DNA of 63,514 bases, the filler included, from Pelomyxa schiedti (Eukaryota; Protista; Evosea): the NCBI GenBank assembly GCA_020536535.1. It is 15 parts of 15 records of this genome, joined end to end, with 100 filler letters (N's around TTAATTAATTAA, not from the genome) between each part and the next. Parts side by side here need not be neighbours in the genome. Positions count along the whole stretch, not along the records: positions 47,546 to 49,980 come from JAHLWZ010001989.1; positions 50,081 to 53,339 come from JAHLWZ010001783.1; positions 53,440 to 58,129 come from JAHLWZ010000012.1; positions 58,230 to 60,398 come from JAHLWZ010002093.1; 11 more parts are not named here. One strand, given 5' to 3'. Made by a program: the position numbers and the translations under genes. Below, piece by piece: positions 48,233-60,498 of the stretch; within the stretch, counting starts at the first letter, position 1, and each line of letters begins with the position of its first letter. Under the pieces are notes generated by a model. The model had not been told where the DNA came from. It saw nothing but the letters and a program-made list of their open reading frames with translations, and made no database searches.

Positions 48233-49980
48233 TCAGGATTTGTTCCACTGAGGCAGTGGATACCTTATTATGTGTTCAGTAATTGTGATACTCAAGTTGT
48301 GCACTGAAACCTGGTTTTTATCTGCAAGGTCTTGTAGTGCAGGATTGTCTGTAACAAATATTAAGTTTCTGACTTTGGTGATCTTGTTGAAGGCTAGGAG
48401 TATGCAGGACTTGATAAGTTCCCTGTGCTTGATTGGGGGCATTGTGCCCTGACACAGTAAATCCGATATAACCAGACCTTTCTCAGCGGTAGAGATTTCA
48501 TAGGGTGGCAAGTGGGTGAATTTATGCTGGTTTTCTACAGTGGGGTTAGGCCAGTGTGATGTGCCAATGTAATTAAAGATATACCAGGATTGACTCGCTT
48601 CATAATTTCAGCCTTAAGGGGTGGTGCTGAGAAAATTGTATCATATTCCTGGAGGATTTCAGTGAATACCTTTATGGCAGTTTATTTTTAGAACCTGAAA
48701 CAGAGTATCTAGATTGGCACACAGTTCACTGTTGGAAGCCAAATCTGGGTCTAAAATAAGACCCTTAAGACCTGACATATTAATATTAGAAAGTGAATAT
48801 TAGGAAGTCATCTCTTTGTAAGAACCTTTTTGTGGAAACAGCTCGTTCGGTATAGTTGTACTCATGTCCTTGCATAGCTTCTTTAAGTCGTCGCGACTAC
48901 TGACAAAACGGATTGTGCTGTCATGTAGGCATAATGGAAGATTGATCTCATTGGAGTATTGTGATGGACAGTTCCAAAATTGTTTCCTCAGCTAACCAGA
49001 TTTAATATTGGCCAATGAGGATACTACTAGACATACAACAATAACATCAACTAATGGTGGTTGTGCCCTTTCTTTGACATAGTTGCCATATATCTTTGGC
49101 CATTTTGTCTGTTCCCCCTTTTCTTTGGCGCAAATCAACAACAGAAAAATTGGGGGTTCCTTACCTTGTTCAGTGTATCCAACAAGTGCATAGTTCACTT
49201 GTGATCTTGGTTTACTGAGCGTTGTGGCTTCACTAGATGCAGAACAGGTACTTGTGTGTGGTGAGGGGTGAGGGGGATAGTTGGGTTTTTGTGGGTCAAC
49301 TCGATTTTTCTTGGCAGGTGGTACAATGACAGAACTTTCATTCGAGGCAGGTCCAGGAAGGGGATGCTTTTTCCCAGTTACTCTAGGCTCGAATGTAGAA
49401 TTTACAGAAGGTTTGTGCTTTGTAAGTTTTCTTGAACTGAGAGTCGATGCTTGGATGGTCGTTGTTGAGTTGTCTAAAGGTGGGCCATCTGCTGGAATTT
49501 CTGGCAAGAGTTTGGAAGTATTGTTGGGTGGGGATTTTATGGAAGTCTCCTTTCGTTTCGATTTTGGTGACCGTTTTGTAATCTTTGGACTAGATGGCTT
49601 TGTGGGCAGCTTTGGTGGGTTGACTGTGCAAACTTCTATTTCAGACTCACTGCTCTACAGGAAAAGAATGGATGAGATGTAAAGCAGTACAAGTACGCTC
49701 ACCATCTCTGCACTGCAAATGTTTCTGGATTGCTCAGGCAGGAGAGGGGAAGAAGTTAGGAGTGGGGCTTCTTTGCTTGGAGGTTCAGCTGTGTGGCCTT
49801 CAAGTAAACAGGTTGGCGGCTTGGGTGATGTAATTGTTGTGCACGAAATACTCTGACTATCCGGTGACAGATCTTCAACTCCACTATCAAGTTGTACCCT
49901 CATGCCTAACGTTACCTTGAGACCATCTTGTGATTCATTTTTCACAGTAACAATCCCAATGATATCGTTGTGCTTGACAC
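48233..49980 (-). CDS. Hypothetical multi-exon protein with an S/P/K-rich region and a PIN-like C-terminus (5'-partial)
   Basis: Exon chain ending ELIKSCILLAFNKITKVRNLIFVTDNPALQDLADKNQ, which resembles the last strand-helix of a PIN domain (VT.D..L...A). Confidence 0.5.
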
Positions 49981-50080
49981 NNNNNNNNNNNNNNNNNNNN
50001 NNNNNNNNNNNNNNNNNNNNNNNNTTAATTAATTAANNNNNNNNNNNNNNNNNNNNNNNNNNNNNNNNNNNNNNNNNNNN

Positions 50081-52852
50081 GAAAAGTGTGTTTGTTGGAA
50101 TTGAGATATTGGAGATAATAACACGCGTTTGGTTTACTCTTATAACGGTAATATAGTTAGCGACACAACAACTAACATCACAGTGTGGGTGTTTGGGTGG
50201 GGTTGGTTTGTTTTGAATTGCACAGACTTGTTTGTTGATGCAGTACACATCGGGGACGTGTCCAACGGGAGATGGTGAGTGGGTCCCTCCAGTGCGTTTT
50301 TTGTTGTTTTTTCTTTCTTCGTTTTTCTCACGACAAAAAGGCGTTTCGTAGCTCCAGGTAAGAGTGAGTTATATTTAGTTTTACTCTCCGTAAAATTTAC
50401 CAACGGTAAGAGCCAACGTTATGATCGAAGAGAAGCCATACAGCGTGGAATTGTGGGACACTGCAGGTTTGACACCCTTCCCTCTGTGAATGCTACTGAG
50501 GAATTCCTTCAGGTGGCGAAGATTATGACAGGCTAAGACCCTGTTCCTATCCTAGAACAGATATTTTCTTGGTATTCCGTGCAATCTGTCATGATACATT
50601 ATGATAAATAAATCACAAGCTCTGCTTTTCTCTTGTCAACCGTTGCACTTTTGAGAATGTTCAGTCAAAGGTTGCAACCACTAAATCTCTTTTGATTCAC
50701 TGACTGAACAAATAAAATATATTCAAGTATTACTGTGAGGTGAGTGTTTCCTGATGAGTTCCCACAATGTGCGTTGGCCAATATTCTGTCAGATTTCTCA
50801 CCATTGCCCCCAAACCCCGTTTGTCATTGTGGGTACAAAACTTGATCTGAGGACTGATTCCGTTTTCCTTCTTTCGATTTGACTCAACCTCAAAAAAGGT
50901 TTTTTGACAACTTGATGTTCCTCTTTGGAGGTTTATTTCATACCTTCACGTGTGGGTGTTGAGCTGAACACAGGGAGGAGCAACAATTGCAACAACTTGT
51001 TGCATTGCCTGAACATGAGCACAGGGGAGTGTTCACTTCTCCCAGAAGGAAATCATGCAGAGTCACCTTCTCCTCGATACGGTTCATCGATGATCGCGTT
51101 CGCGAAGCGCTTGTTTGTGTTTGGAGGGTGTGTGATACCCTCTCAGAGTGTTGTATTGTTCTTCTCCTCACAAAGAGTTGCAGTTCTGACTGCAACAGCA
51201 TTGAATGTGAAGACTTGAGGTGTTAGGACTTGACTGTCCAAAGTTGGAATCCGGTGTGTTATTCACTCCGGTTTCACATCAATGACTCATTAACTCAATG
51301 CACACAGGTGCTGAAAATCAAACCAGGAATACCAGCACCAAGTGGGAGATTCCACCACACTGCTGTTTTCCACAATGGAACCATGATTATCTTTGGTAAA
51401 ACAAATCAACACTCCATAACTCAACATACACCAACAAAAGCACTCACACACATTCCCGCACACCCTCTCACACACAAACACAGGTGGAATGTTGAATGGC
51501 AAGAAGCTCCACGATGTGTGGATTTTTGGTGCGAAAGCTCTCCCCAACCCCAATCCCGATGATTTCCTGTTCGGAACACACACCAGCTATTTCCACGAAA
51601 GTGTGGGTGAAACCACCAACACGAGGGACCGAACCACCAGGCATGCGAGGCCACGCAGCGGCAGTGATTGGCGATGACATGTTTGTGTGCACTTGTGACT
51701 CCCCTTCGTCGCCTTCCTCCATGGCTTTGTTCAAGTATATTCTCTCTCTTTCACCATTCCCCCTCCCGATTGACTTGCACACCACACACAGACTCACATT
51801 GGGATCATCAACCTTCGAGTGGTCACGTGTTGAGATCGGGAACACCCCACCGGTTCGTGAATTCCACACTCTTATTTCATCGGACACTAGTTCATTGATA
51901 CTGGCAGGTGGCCGCGAACAACCGGAACACCCTCGGGTGTGTGCTGTACCGCTTTTTCCTCAATTCTCTCCTACTACTCAACAAACCACAGGAAAGACGC
52001 ATGGAGATGGGCTTTTCAGCAACGTTTTTAGAATTCTTCCGCACGACATGTGGATGGTCATATTCTCATTCTGTACTCTGAAAGACCTCTTCCGGCTTTC
52101 CGCTGTGTGTGCACATCCCCTTCCTCCCCTCAAATCAGTTCCGCACTCAATTCCCGCTTTACAATTAATCGCACCGCACCGCACCGCACCGCACACAAAC
52201 TGTAAGTTCAACAAATAATTCACATTTCGCACACAGGTGTGCCATGATTTCAGAACACTTGCGTCATCTGACGTTCTTTGGAACCGATTCGTTTCTACGA
52301 ACAGGATGATCCACCCATCACCAGCATCAGTCAAGAAGCGTGCTCTCAAGTCCTTGTTCACATCACCAGCTCAGTTCCACGTTTATGTTTACCCTGCTGA
52401 ATCAATTTGCATCACTGATCGCGATGGTGTGTCCCTTTCCCGTTGGTTTTTTTGCTGACAATCGATCTTCAGAATTTATGTCCGCTGAGACAGTACTACA
52501 TTCATAAATTTCTCGAAATGTCCTTCCCACTCTTTGAAGTTTGCGGTGTCTCGTGTGTCCTTTTCTGGCGTGTGCGTCCTGGTCCATCACCTGCAACTGA
52601 TGGTGAAGCCTGTGGCACACCAACAAGGAACACCAGAAGGCACTTCCAATGAGCCCGTGGCTGTCATTGACGAACAGACGGGTGTGATCCTGTGCTTGTG
52701 CTCTGAGCCACATCAAGAAGGCATAAAGTCCACATCATCTTACATTGTGTTTCTTTGATGGTTTGAACTGGGAAAAGATTTTAATTCAGTGTAACACATT
52801 GCCCCAGTCGGCACGGTGCACACTGGAATCACCATTCTGCTATGGTGGTTGC
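50081..52852 (+). pseudogene. Decayed paralog of the Rho-Kelch-F-box gene
   Basis: Same exon series as 3131-6133 (ELWDTAG, FVIVGTKLDLR, Kelch blades, F-box LPHDMWMVIFSFC). It has an internal deletion from G4 to Kelch 2 with an out-of-phase splice, an in-frame TAG at 51224-51226 (TAT in the paralog) and a 3' LINE insertion. Confidence 0.75.
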
Positions 52853-53339
52853 TTTTTTTTTAATCTGTTTTTTTTAATTGGTTCACTGGTGAGTTACAAT
52901 AATCTAAAGGATGATGCCTGAATCCATCATCCCCTAGGGTGCAGTGTTGGTGGTGACTCTGCGGAGGTGTGCGGCAGTGTTGTTGACAATGCTGGTGTAG
53001 AGCTTGTCCCACCAGAAGGCCTTTTGGGTTCTACAGGCCCAGTTGGGGGGTTCAAACTCTGTATCATCCAGCACTGAGGTTAAGTCATTGACAAGGGAGC
53101 AGGTTAACTCTGTGGGTGCTCCTGTCGACTCCCAACAAATGGGAGAGAACAAGTACTTATCTTTACATCGTGGCAACCACTTGGATCTCTTCCGCTGTTC
53201 CTGCTTAGCGGCATTGTCTAGGGATTTGGGGATTTTGTTGGCTGGGGAGATATTGGGGCACACAATTGAGATGTCAAGTATGTGAGGAGGAGGGCTGTCC
53301 TCTAGGAGCAGGTCGATTCTTCCATCTGTCTCATTGGAC
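52853..53339 (-). mobile_element. 3' end of an RLE-type non-LTR retrotransposon (restriction-like endonuclease, ORF end 52934, 3' UTR, A-rich tail)
   Basis: GRIDLLLED...ILDISIVCP...AAKQEQRKRSKW...FSPICWESTG matches the R2/CRE/NeSL-type RLE motif (RxD..D..K.KY..F.P...E..G). Intronless, with A9/A8 tracts at the 3' end. Confidence 0.8.
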
Positions 53340-53507
53340 NNNNNNNNNNNNNNNNNNNNNNNNNNNNNNNNNNNNNNNNNNNNTTAATTAATTAANNNNN
53401 NNNNNNNNNNNNNNNNNNNNNNNNNNNNNNNNNNNNNNNGTTGTCCGTGCTTTTTGTAGCCTCGTTCGTTTTCGTGTAAGAATCTCAAAAACAAAAACCG
53501 CCTCGAC

Positions 53508-55710
53508 ATGAAGAACTCGTCCTGCATCGTCCTCCTCCCATTGATTCTACTTGGCATCCTGCTCCCCATTTGCGGTTCCGTACGAGTCTCCCATAATGAC
53601 GACGGCGGGACATACTACAACGCTGGTGGTGCTGTTATGATGCCCCGAGGTAGCAAGGAAAACCCAGCCTCAGCGAACATACGGCTCAATCTGGATCTAT
53701 ACGGTTTAGTTTTGTTTCTTTCTGTTTTGCTGGTGTACATTGTAAAACTGTTTTACCATTTACAAATCACTTATTCTTTACTTACTTGCCTTCATTTTTG
53801 CTCTAAACCGAGCTTTATTAACTACTGTTAAACCCTTCTTTAGGGGAGTTCATGGACCAAGTGGGAGGCAAAGTGGACTTGTTTGTGTTTCCAGAAAGCT
53901 CCATGGGGCTACTTCAATTCCCAGATGACAGGTTCTTATCTCCATGGCACCCTCTATGCACAAAATACTAATAGATAACAGAGACCAGATGCTTCCATAT
54001 TGCGAGACTTTGCCACCTCTTCCAATTGATGGCACTGTTGTTCCTTGTACTGATCCGCACTACGCTGGGGATGATCACGTCCAGACCAGAGAAGTTTCTT
54101 GCCTTGCGGCCAAGTACTCTAGCATCATTGTAGTGAACATGTGCGAAGTACAGGTGATTGACGGTAGCTCCAAAACTTTCACTGTTTCTGATTCGCCTCT
54201 TAGTACTGTAACCCCGCTAATGACAGCAATTGCCCTTCTGATGGAAGGTACCAATGGACTACAGATGCCGGTATGTTCTCCTATATTTTCCTCTTTCAAT
54301 AACTGTGTTCAAGTATTTTCTGAGACCGGTGCTATTTTAGCCAAGTACCACAAATCTCACCTTGCTGGTGAGGTATTTACTGCTGCTTCCACTTACTTTT
54401 CTTAATCCAAATAAGGCCCAGTTCTTTGAACAACCACCTGTTCCTGAGGTGGTCACATTCACTTCTTGGTTTGGAGTCACTTTTGGGATTCAGATCTGCT
54501 ATGACGGTAACTTCCTGGAGCCCACACAAAGCACTTGGAATATGGGAGTGCGCAATATGATCTGGAATATGTGTAAGCCACCTCTTGTACTGTGCCAAAA
54601 CTGAACAAATTTAGATATGAACGACGAAGTTCCTGTGTGGTCAAATAACATGTTGCAGTGTGGAGTGGCCAATTTCTGGGAAAGTAATTTAGTTGTATCC
54701 AATGGTCTATCTAGTGGTACTGGCATTTACTCTGGAGGAATGCCTCTTGCAACAGTAGGGCCTCTTCCTCTGGGAAATGTTACAACAGGTTTACTTCTTC
54801 ATTTCAACCAGGTTATCTAAATGTTCTTGGCAGCTGTCATAGCTTCTGTTCCGCTAATGCCATTTGCCTATGAAATGCCTCCAGAGAAGCCTCAAATTAT
54901 CGACATTGTATCGAAGGACCCTGCTGCAAGTGTCAGTAATCATCGTGATGGCTCCCATTCAATTTTAAGTGACCTTGAACTGTCTGATGATATAGAAACA
55001 TGTTATTTCGCCCAGCTCAAAGTCCCATGCGTTTCATTTACCGCCGAACCTGGGTTTTCTGGCACCTTTTCTCTCCCAGTCACATCCAAGCTTTTTGGTA
55101 CAACTTGGTATCCCCTTCTTAATGAGAGTCGGAGGTAATATATTTTCCAGGTGCAATGGTGAAGCTTCAGTTTATTCTCTGGTGAACTCTAGAAATGCTA
55201 CTTACGCTTTTGGGGGTGTTATGGTACACCAATCCTCTTTTAATGAATTGTCGAATAATCTTATCTTATTTGGTAGTTCTCTGTTCCAGGAGACCCAAAA
55301 ACCCCGACAGGGTATACTTCATTGTATTAATTCACTAATTTAACCAAGAGTAGAATCTCTCGTGCTGCATGCCAACTTCTTTGGTGTCCTCAATACCCCC
55401 AGTGCAAGCCCGTTTGTCCTGAAGATGACAGTGAGTGTGCCTATCACCCCCCAGCCATATTCCAGTCTTTTTCTGGTTATTCTCTTTATTCTTCTCATCA
55501 ACATCCTCACGATGCACAGTGACTGCGAAATTCCCGTCCTCCTACACTTCTGACAAAACTTTGATGCTCGGATTTGCTGGCGGGGAAGCTGGAGACCCCC
55601 TTACAAACAATGAACTAATAATCTCACTCAACAAGGATCCCACACAACCACAAGTAAGAATAAAATCCCTCTCTTCCTATCCCCTCACTCATTCCTTTCC
55701 CAGACTGTAA
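53508..55710 (+). CDS. Secreted vanin/biotinidase-like carbon-nitrogen hydrolase (nitrilase superfamily)
   Basis: Signal peptide; FVFPE (catalytic E), CPSDGRYQW, AKYHKSHL (K) and QICYDGNF (C). Confidence 0.88.
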
Positions 55711-55854
55711 CACTACGTCAACCGGTGTACCAGCCTCTTCTCAGTGCCGGAATAGAAGCTGAGCAAGAGTGGTTCACATACTCCCCAAACAAATAACTTA
55801 TTTATTCTTCCCAAAAAAAAACAAATTTCGGGACAAAAAAACCTTGTTTTACTA

Positions 55855-57728
55855 TCACTTTTGCTTAGTGGGAGTCTGAAGGTGTGGTTGGGGTTGTTGC
55901 TGGTTTTGGATCCCACGGGAAAACATAGGAAGTAAGGCCAAGGTCACGGCGAAGTTGTTCCATCTCAGGACGAAGGCCTTGTGGAATAGCAACTGCAAAA
56001 AAACGGGATGTTAGAATTGCGTGGGGTAAAGGGCTCAGGGAGATATCTTCCTACCTCCACGTGCGGTGCGGTCCAGAGTGGTGTAATGCTCCTTTTCTCC
56101 ACAGGTCCAAATTCTATTCGTTTTGTTATCGCGTGGATGTATAAAGGGTTTGGTGGAAGGAATATACCTGGTAGCTCCAGGTGCCTTTCGGGCAGCACGA
56201 AGCTCTCTGTTGATGTCACCTACTTGCTTCCTGAATTCATCCAGAGGACGGAAGCACTCGATGTTGACAGCAATGAAAAAGTGACCCAATTCGATTGGTA
56301 TTTTCTTACCATCCTGTCTCCCGGATTAATTGGCAAGTAATAGCTGACGACACTTACCCTAACACCAGTAAGTGCCAGCATAAAGTTTCCTGCCTGAAGG
56401 CAAGAAGAGAGAATCTCGACAATGGTGGCAAATCCATAACCCTTGTAACCACCGGTGTCTTCACCTGAGCCACCAATTGGCAGGCATGCAGCATCTCCCG
56501 TCACCTTTGTCAGCTGTTAGCAACATGCCGATACAACGAGGGATAAATACGAGGTCCTTGAGGATTTGTGGTGTGTCAGTCACAAAATGACCCTCCTGGT
56601 TGATAACCCATCCTTCAGGGCATGGCTTGCCTTCACGTTCATACATCTCGATCTTTCCACGCTGCACAACTGAAGTGGCACAATCGAGGCACCATGGGAA
56701 GCCTATTTGAGGATTGTTAAGCACCTTGCTATTCTGTGTTGTTAAAAAAAACCTTCATCAGTTGGGAAGGCAAAGACAAGGGGATTTGTGCCAAGCATTG
56801 GTTGCACACTCCAGGTGGGAGCAACAGAGGGGCGCGCATTAGTGCCATTGATACCAATGCATCCCTGTTCCGCAGCCATTGTGGAGTAGAAACCAGCAAT
56901 GCCATAGTGGGTTGAATTGCGAGCTACAACCATGCCCATTCCGAATTTCTTTAATATCCATTGGTACTGCAGATAGAGGCAGTAGAAAGTACCTTGGCTT
57001 TGTCAATAGCCATCTGCATGCACCTGTTGGCAATGACCATGCCCATTCCTTTTCGAAGTCAGTCTTACACTATAAATTCAATATGAAAACACACCGTTGT
57101 GGCCGTCAACAACGGCCGTTGTGGGTGTTTCACGAACAATTTCGAAGTTCGTGATAGGGTTCAATTGTTTTGCCTTGATTCGATCGTAGTAAATGAGTTT
57201 AAGCCTGATGAAAAGACCCCACTTAGAACAGAAAAGAAAGAAAGACCTTGTGGGAGAAAAAAAAAACCAAAAAAAAAAAGAATAGAAACCTCTGGATGCC
57301 GTGGGTGTCCATGCCCTTCCTATCGGCGGCAATTAGGACCTTTCCGCAAACTTGCGCGTCTTCGCGGGGCACCCCAACCGATGCCAGTACGTCCACCATG
57401 AACCTCTCCAACACATCGAGAGGCATTCTAGGATCATCATCGTGCGACGTGGTTGTGGCNNNNNNNNNNNNNNNNNNNNNNNNNNNNNNNNNNNNNNNNN
57501 NNNNNNNNNNNNNNNNNNNNNNNNNNNNNNNNNNNNNNNNNNNNNNNNNNNNNNNNNNNCCTTTCCGCAAACTTGCGCGTCTTCGCGGGGCACCCCAACC
57601 GATGCCAGTACGTCCACCATGAACCTCTCCAACACATCGAGAGGCATTCTAGGATCATCATCGTGCGACGTGGTTGTGGCAGCTGTCGCAGTTGCCGGTG
57701 TCGCTGTAGCGGCTGTTGTGGTGGCCAT
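55855..57728 (-). CDS. Ldh_2-family (type-2 malate/L-lactate) dehydrogenase with spliceosomal introns
   Basis: AADRKGMDTHG, VVDGHNG|MGMV, RNSTHYGIAGFY, LGTNPLVFAFP, LDCATSVVQRGK, GGYKGYG and GHFFIAVNIECF. The N-terminus is duplicated artefactually around the gap. Confidence 0.93.
57339..57680. other. Assembly artefact: exact 121-bp duplication (57339-57459 = 57560-57680) around a 100-N gap
   Basis: Direct identity. Confidence 0.95.
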
Positions 57729-58270
57729 TCAACAGGGAGAAGGTTTTTTCTTTTTGTTTTGCTTTTGCGTTGATGTTCGGCTGGTTGATTTTTGTTTTCC
57801 TTTGTGGCCTTCTAGAACTCCATTGGCCTCGGATCTGCAGCGTCATTCCACAATCCAATCTACACTTACAACTTTGGGACTCACACTTTTTGGCATCAAC
57901 GGGGCAGAAAAGGTCCTGGTTCTCTCTGTACGCTGTGAAGGGAAAATTCTGAAATGTCTGGACCACATCGGGACCAGACACGTTCTACAGTTTCGTGGTC
58001 TGTACCCGGTGAAGGGAAAATTGCCACCCCCAAACATGTTCACTACAAACACGTTCCTTTGCACCAACACTAGAAAGAAGTCTTGGTGCCAAAGGAAGAA
58101 AACAATTTCCTTTTTTTTTTCCTCTCACANNNNNNNNNNNNNNNNNNNNNNNNNNNNNNNNNNNNNNNNNNNNTTAATTAATTAANNNNNNNNNNNNNNN
58201 NNNNNNNNNNNNNNNNNNNNNNNNNNNNNTGCCGAGTCAGCAGCACCGCGGCACCGGAAAAGCGACAACA

Positions 58271-60398
58271 GTGGGTCGCGTACTTGTAGTCGCGATGCTG
58301 GTTGTGGGCACTTGCCTCGCTGTGGACAGGGGCAAGTTCAGGACGTGCTCCCAGAGCGCCTTTTGCGCGAGGAACAGGCCTACGGCGACACCTCCACCAC
58401 AGGATCAACAGCAAGAACAGGCGCAAGCGGAATCGCCTCAAGGAGTGGAGAAAAACGCGGGGCTGACAGCGCCGTACGCGCTGGGTGAAGTGGTTGAGAA
58501 GTCTGGAGAAGGCGGGAGCAGGGCGGTGTGGGCGTCGCTGGTGGGGAAGACCGAGAGACCCTTGGTGCTGGGGATGAACGTAGCGGCTTATGGGACTACG
58601 GGGGAAGCGGAAATACTGAGGCTTACTATGTCTGAGGAGAGGGACGACTTTGCACCTGTTGGAGCGAAGAGGTTCGGTGTGGGTTTCGACTCACAACTCG
58701 CTTCTTCGTTCTTAACCCTGAAAGAGGACTTAGCTGTATGCAGTTTTACTCAAAAACTTATCTTCTCACTCCTTTGTACAGGTACCACTATCTGTTGTTA
58801 ACGACAAGGGAGTGTTTAGAATTATGGCTGGCGGTAACACTGTGGCCACACTCGAGGCTACTCTCAAAAGTGGCGGATTTACTCTCAATGTTACTGGTGC
58901 CAAGAACGACCCTGTAGTCAGTTTGAACTCTAAAGGTCAATTTGTCTTCGAGCATTTGCGTGAGAAACTGGAGGAACCCCAAAAGCCTTTAGAACAGCCG
59001 GAACAGAAGGAGCCAGAGCCCGAAAAGCCCGCCGAGGACATAGCGGGGGAAGTTGTAGACGAACTTGGAGTAATGTTCGAGAATGAGGAAGTAAGGCCAG
59101 AGGATGAAGCAGGAATGCTGTCAAGTGACAACAAACAACCTGCACCAACTGGGACTAATGAGGGGTTGTGGTCTGAATACTTTGGTGGGCATACTGACAG
59201 CAAGCCACATGGTACAAAGTAATTAATGTATCCCCTTAGTTAAACACCTGCAGGACCAACAGCTGTGGGCATGGACATTAGTTTCCCAGGTGCAAAACAC
59301 GTGTATGGAATTCCAGAGCACGCTGCAGAATTTGATCTAAAAACAACCACGTATATTCCGCCTCTAGCCACGCTACTTCTAATATCGTTGTAGGGGAACA
59401 GGCTCTGTGTATAAAGACCCCTACCGCATGTTCAACCTTGATGTGTTCGAATACATTGTAGATGACCCAATGGCACTATATGGCAGTATTCCTCTCATGA
59501 TTGCACACTCACCAACACATTCTGTTGGTGTGTTGTGGTTGAATCCGAGTGAGACTTGGGTTGACGTAGCAGATGGCAGCTCGGGCGTAAACTCCAATGG
59601 TGCTTCTATGAGTGTCTAATTTGAACAAAAGAAAGAAACTTGGTGGATAAGTGAATCTGGAATTGTGGATGTCTTTATCTTACGTGGACCTACACCCAAG
59701 GATATTTTCGAACAAGTAGCTGCACTATTAGGAACCACCCCCATTCCTCCTCTCTTTGCCCTTGGATATCATCAGTGCCGATGGAACTACAAGGATGAAC
59801 CAGATGTCAAGGTAACATAACGATATACGAGCAATTTTCTTACAACCCTTGTATATAGCAAGTTGACAACGACTTTGATAAATACTACATACCTTATGAT
59901 GTCATATGGCTCGATATTGAGCACACGAACGGGAAGCGGTACTTCACGTGGGACGAGCATAAATTCCCCACACCCGAACTAATGCAAGACCACTTGGCAT
60001 CGAAGGGGAGAAAGGTATGTCTTCTTCTTGTAGGATTTTGTTGTTAAGACTCGATCACCACAGCTTGTTACCATTGTTGATCCTCACATCAAGGTATGCG
60101 CCTATTTCGTTAAATCCTTCCGGATGCCTAAAATATTTTCAGCGTGATTCTAACTATTGGATCCATACTGAAGCCACCGAGAAGGACCTTTATGTAAAAG
60201 ACTATCATGATAATTCCTTTGACGGTCACTGCTGGCCAGGTAAGCCGTACCAGGAAATTAAAACAATTAACCGACTCCAGGGTCCAGCTCATGGCCGGAC
60301 TTCATTAACCCAACTGTTAGGAAATGGTGGGGGGACAAGTTCTCTCTGACCCAATATAAGGTAGGAAATCCCTTTCATTCCACCTCTAAAGAATCCAG
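58271..60398 (+). CDS. GANAB: Glucosidase II alpha subunit (GH31), 3'-truncated
   Basis: Signal peptide + [34 protein letters not shown]|[47 protein letters not shown] and VTIVDPHIK. Confidence 0.96.
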
Positions 60399-60498
60399 NN
60401 NNNNNNNNNNNNNNNNNNNNNNNNNNNNNNNNNNNNNNNNNNTTAATTAATTAANNNNNNNNNNNNNNNNNNNNNNNNNNNNNNNNNNNNNNNNNNNN

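Noticed and set aside
47546-49700. 77-bp perfect inverted repeats enclosing 2 kb, read as a TIR transposon
   Set aside because: One copy is the very start of the contig, and the sequence is an ordinary intron-exon junction of a host gene. There is no transposase or target-site duplication. It fits a graph overlap or amplification chimera.
57915-58025. Imperfect repeat of about 25 bp (CTGTAC...GTGAAGGGAAAATT) upstream of the dehydrogenase
   Set aside because: Only two degenerate copies, and no frame or structure can be assigned, so it is too weak to interpret.
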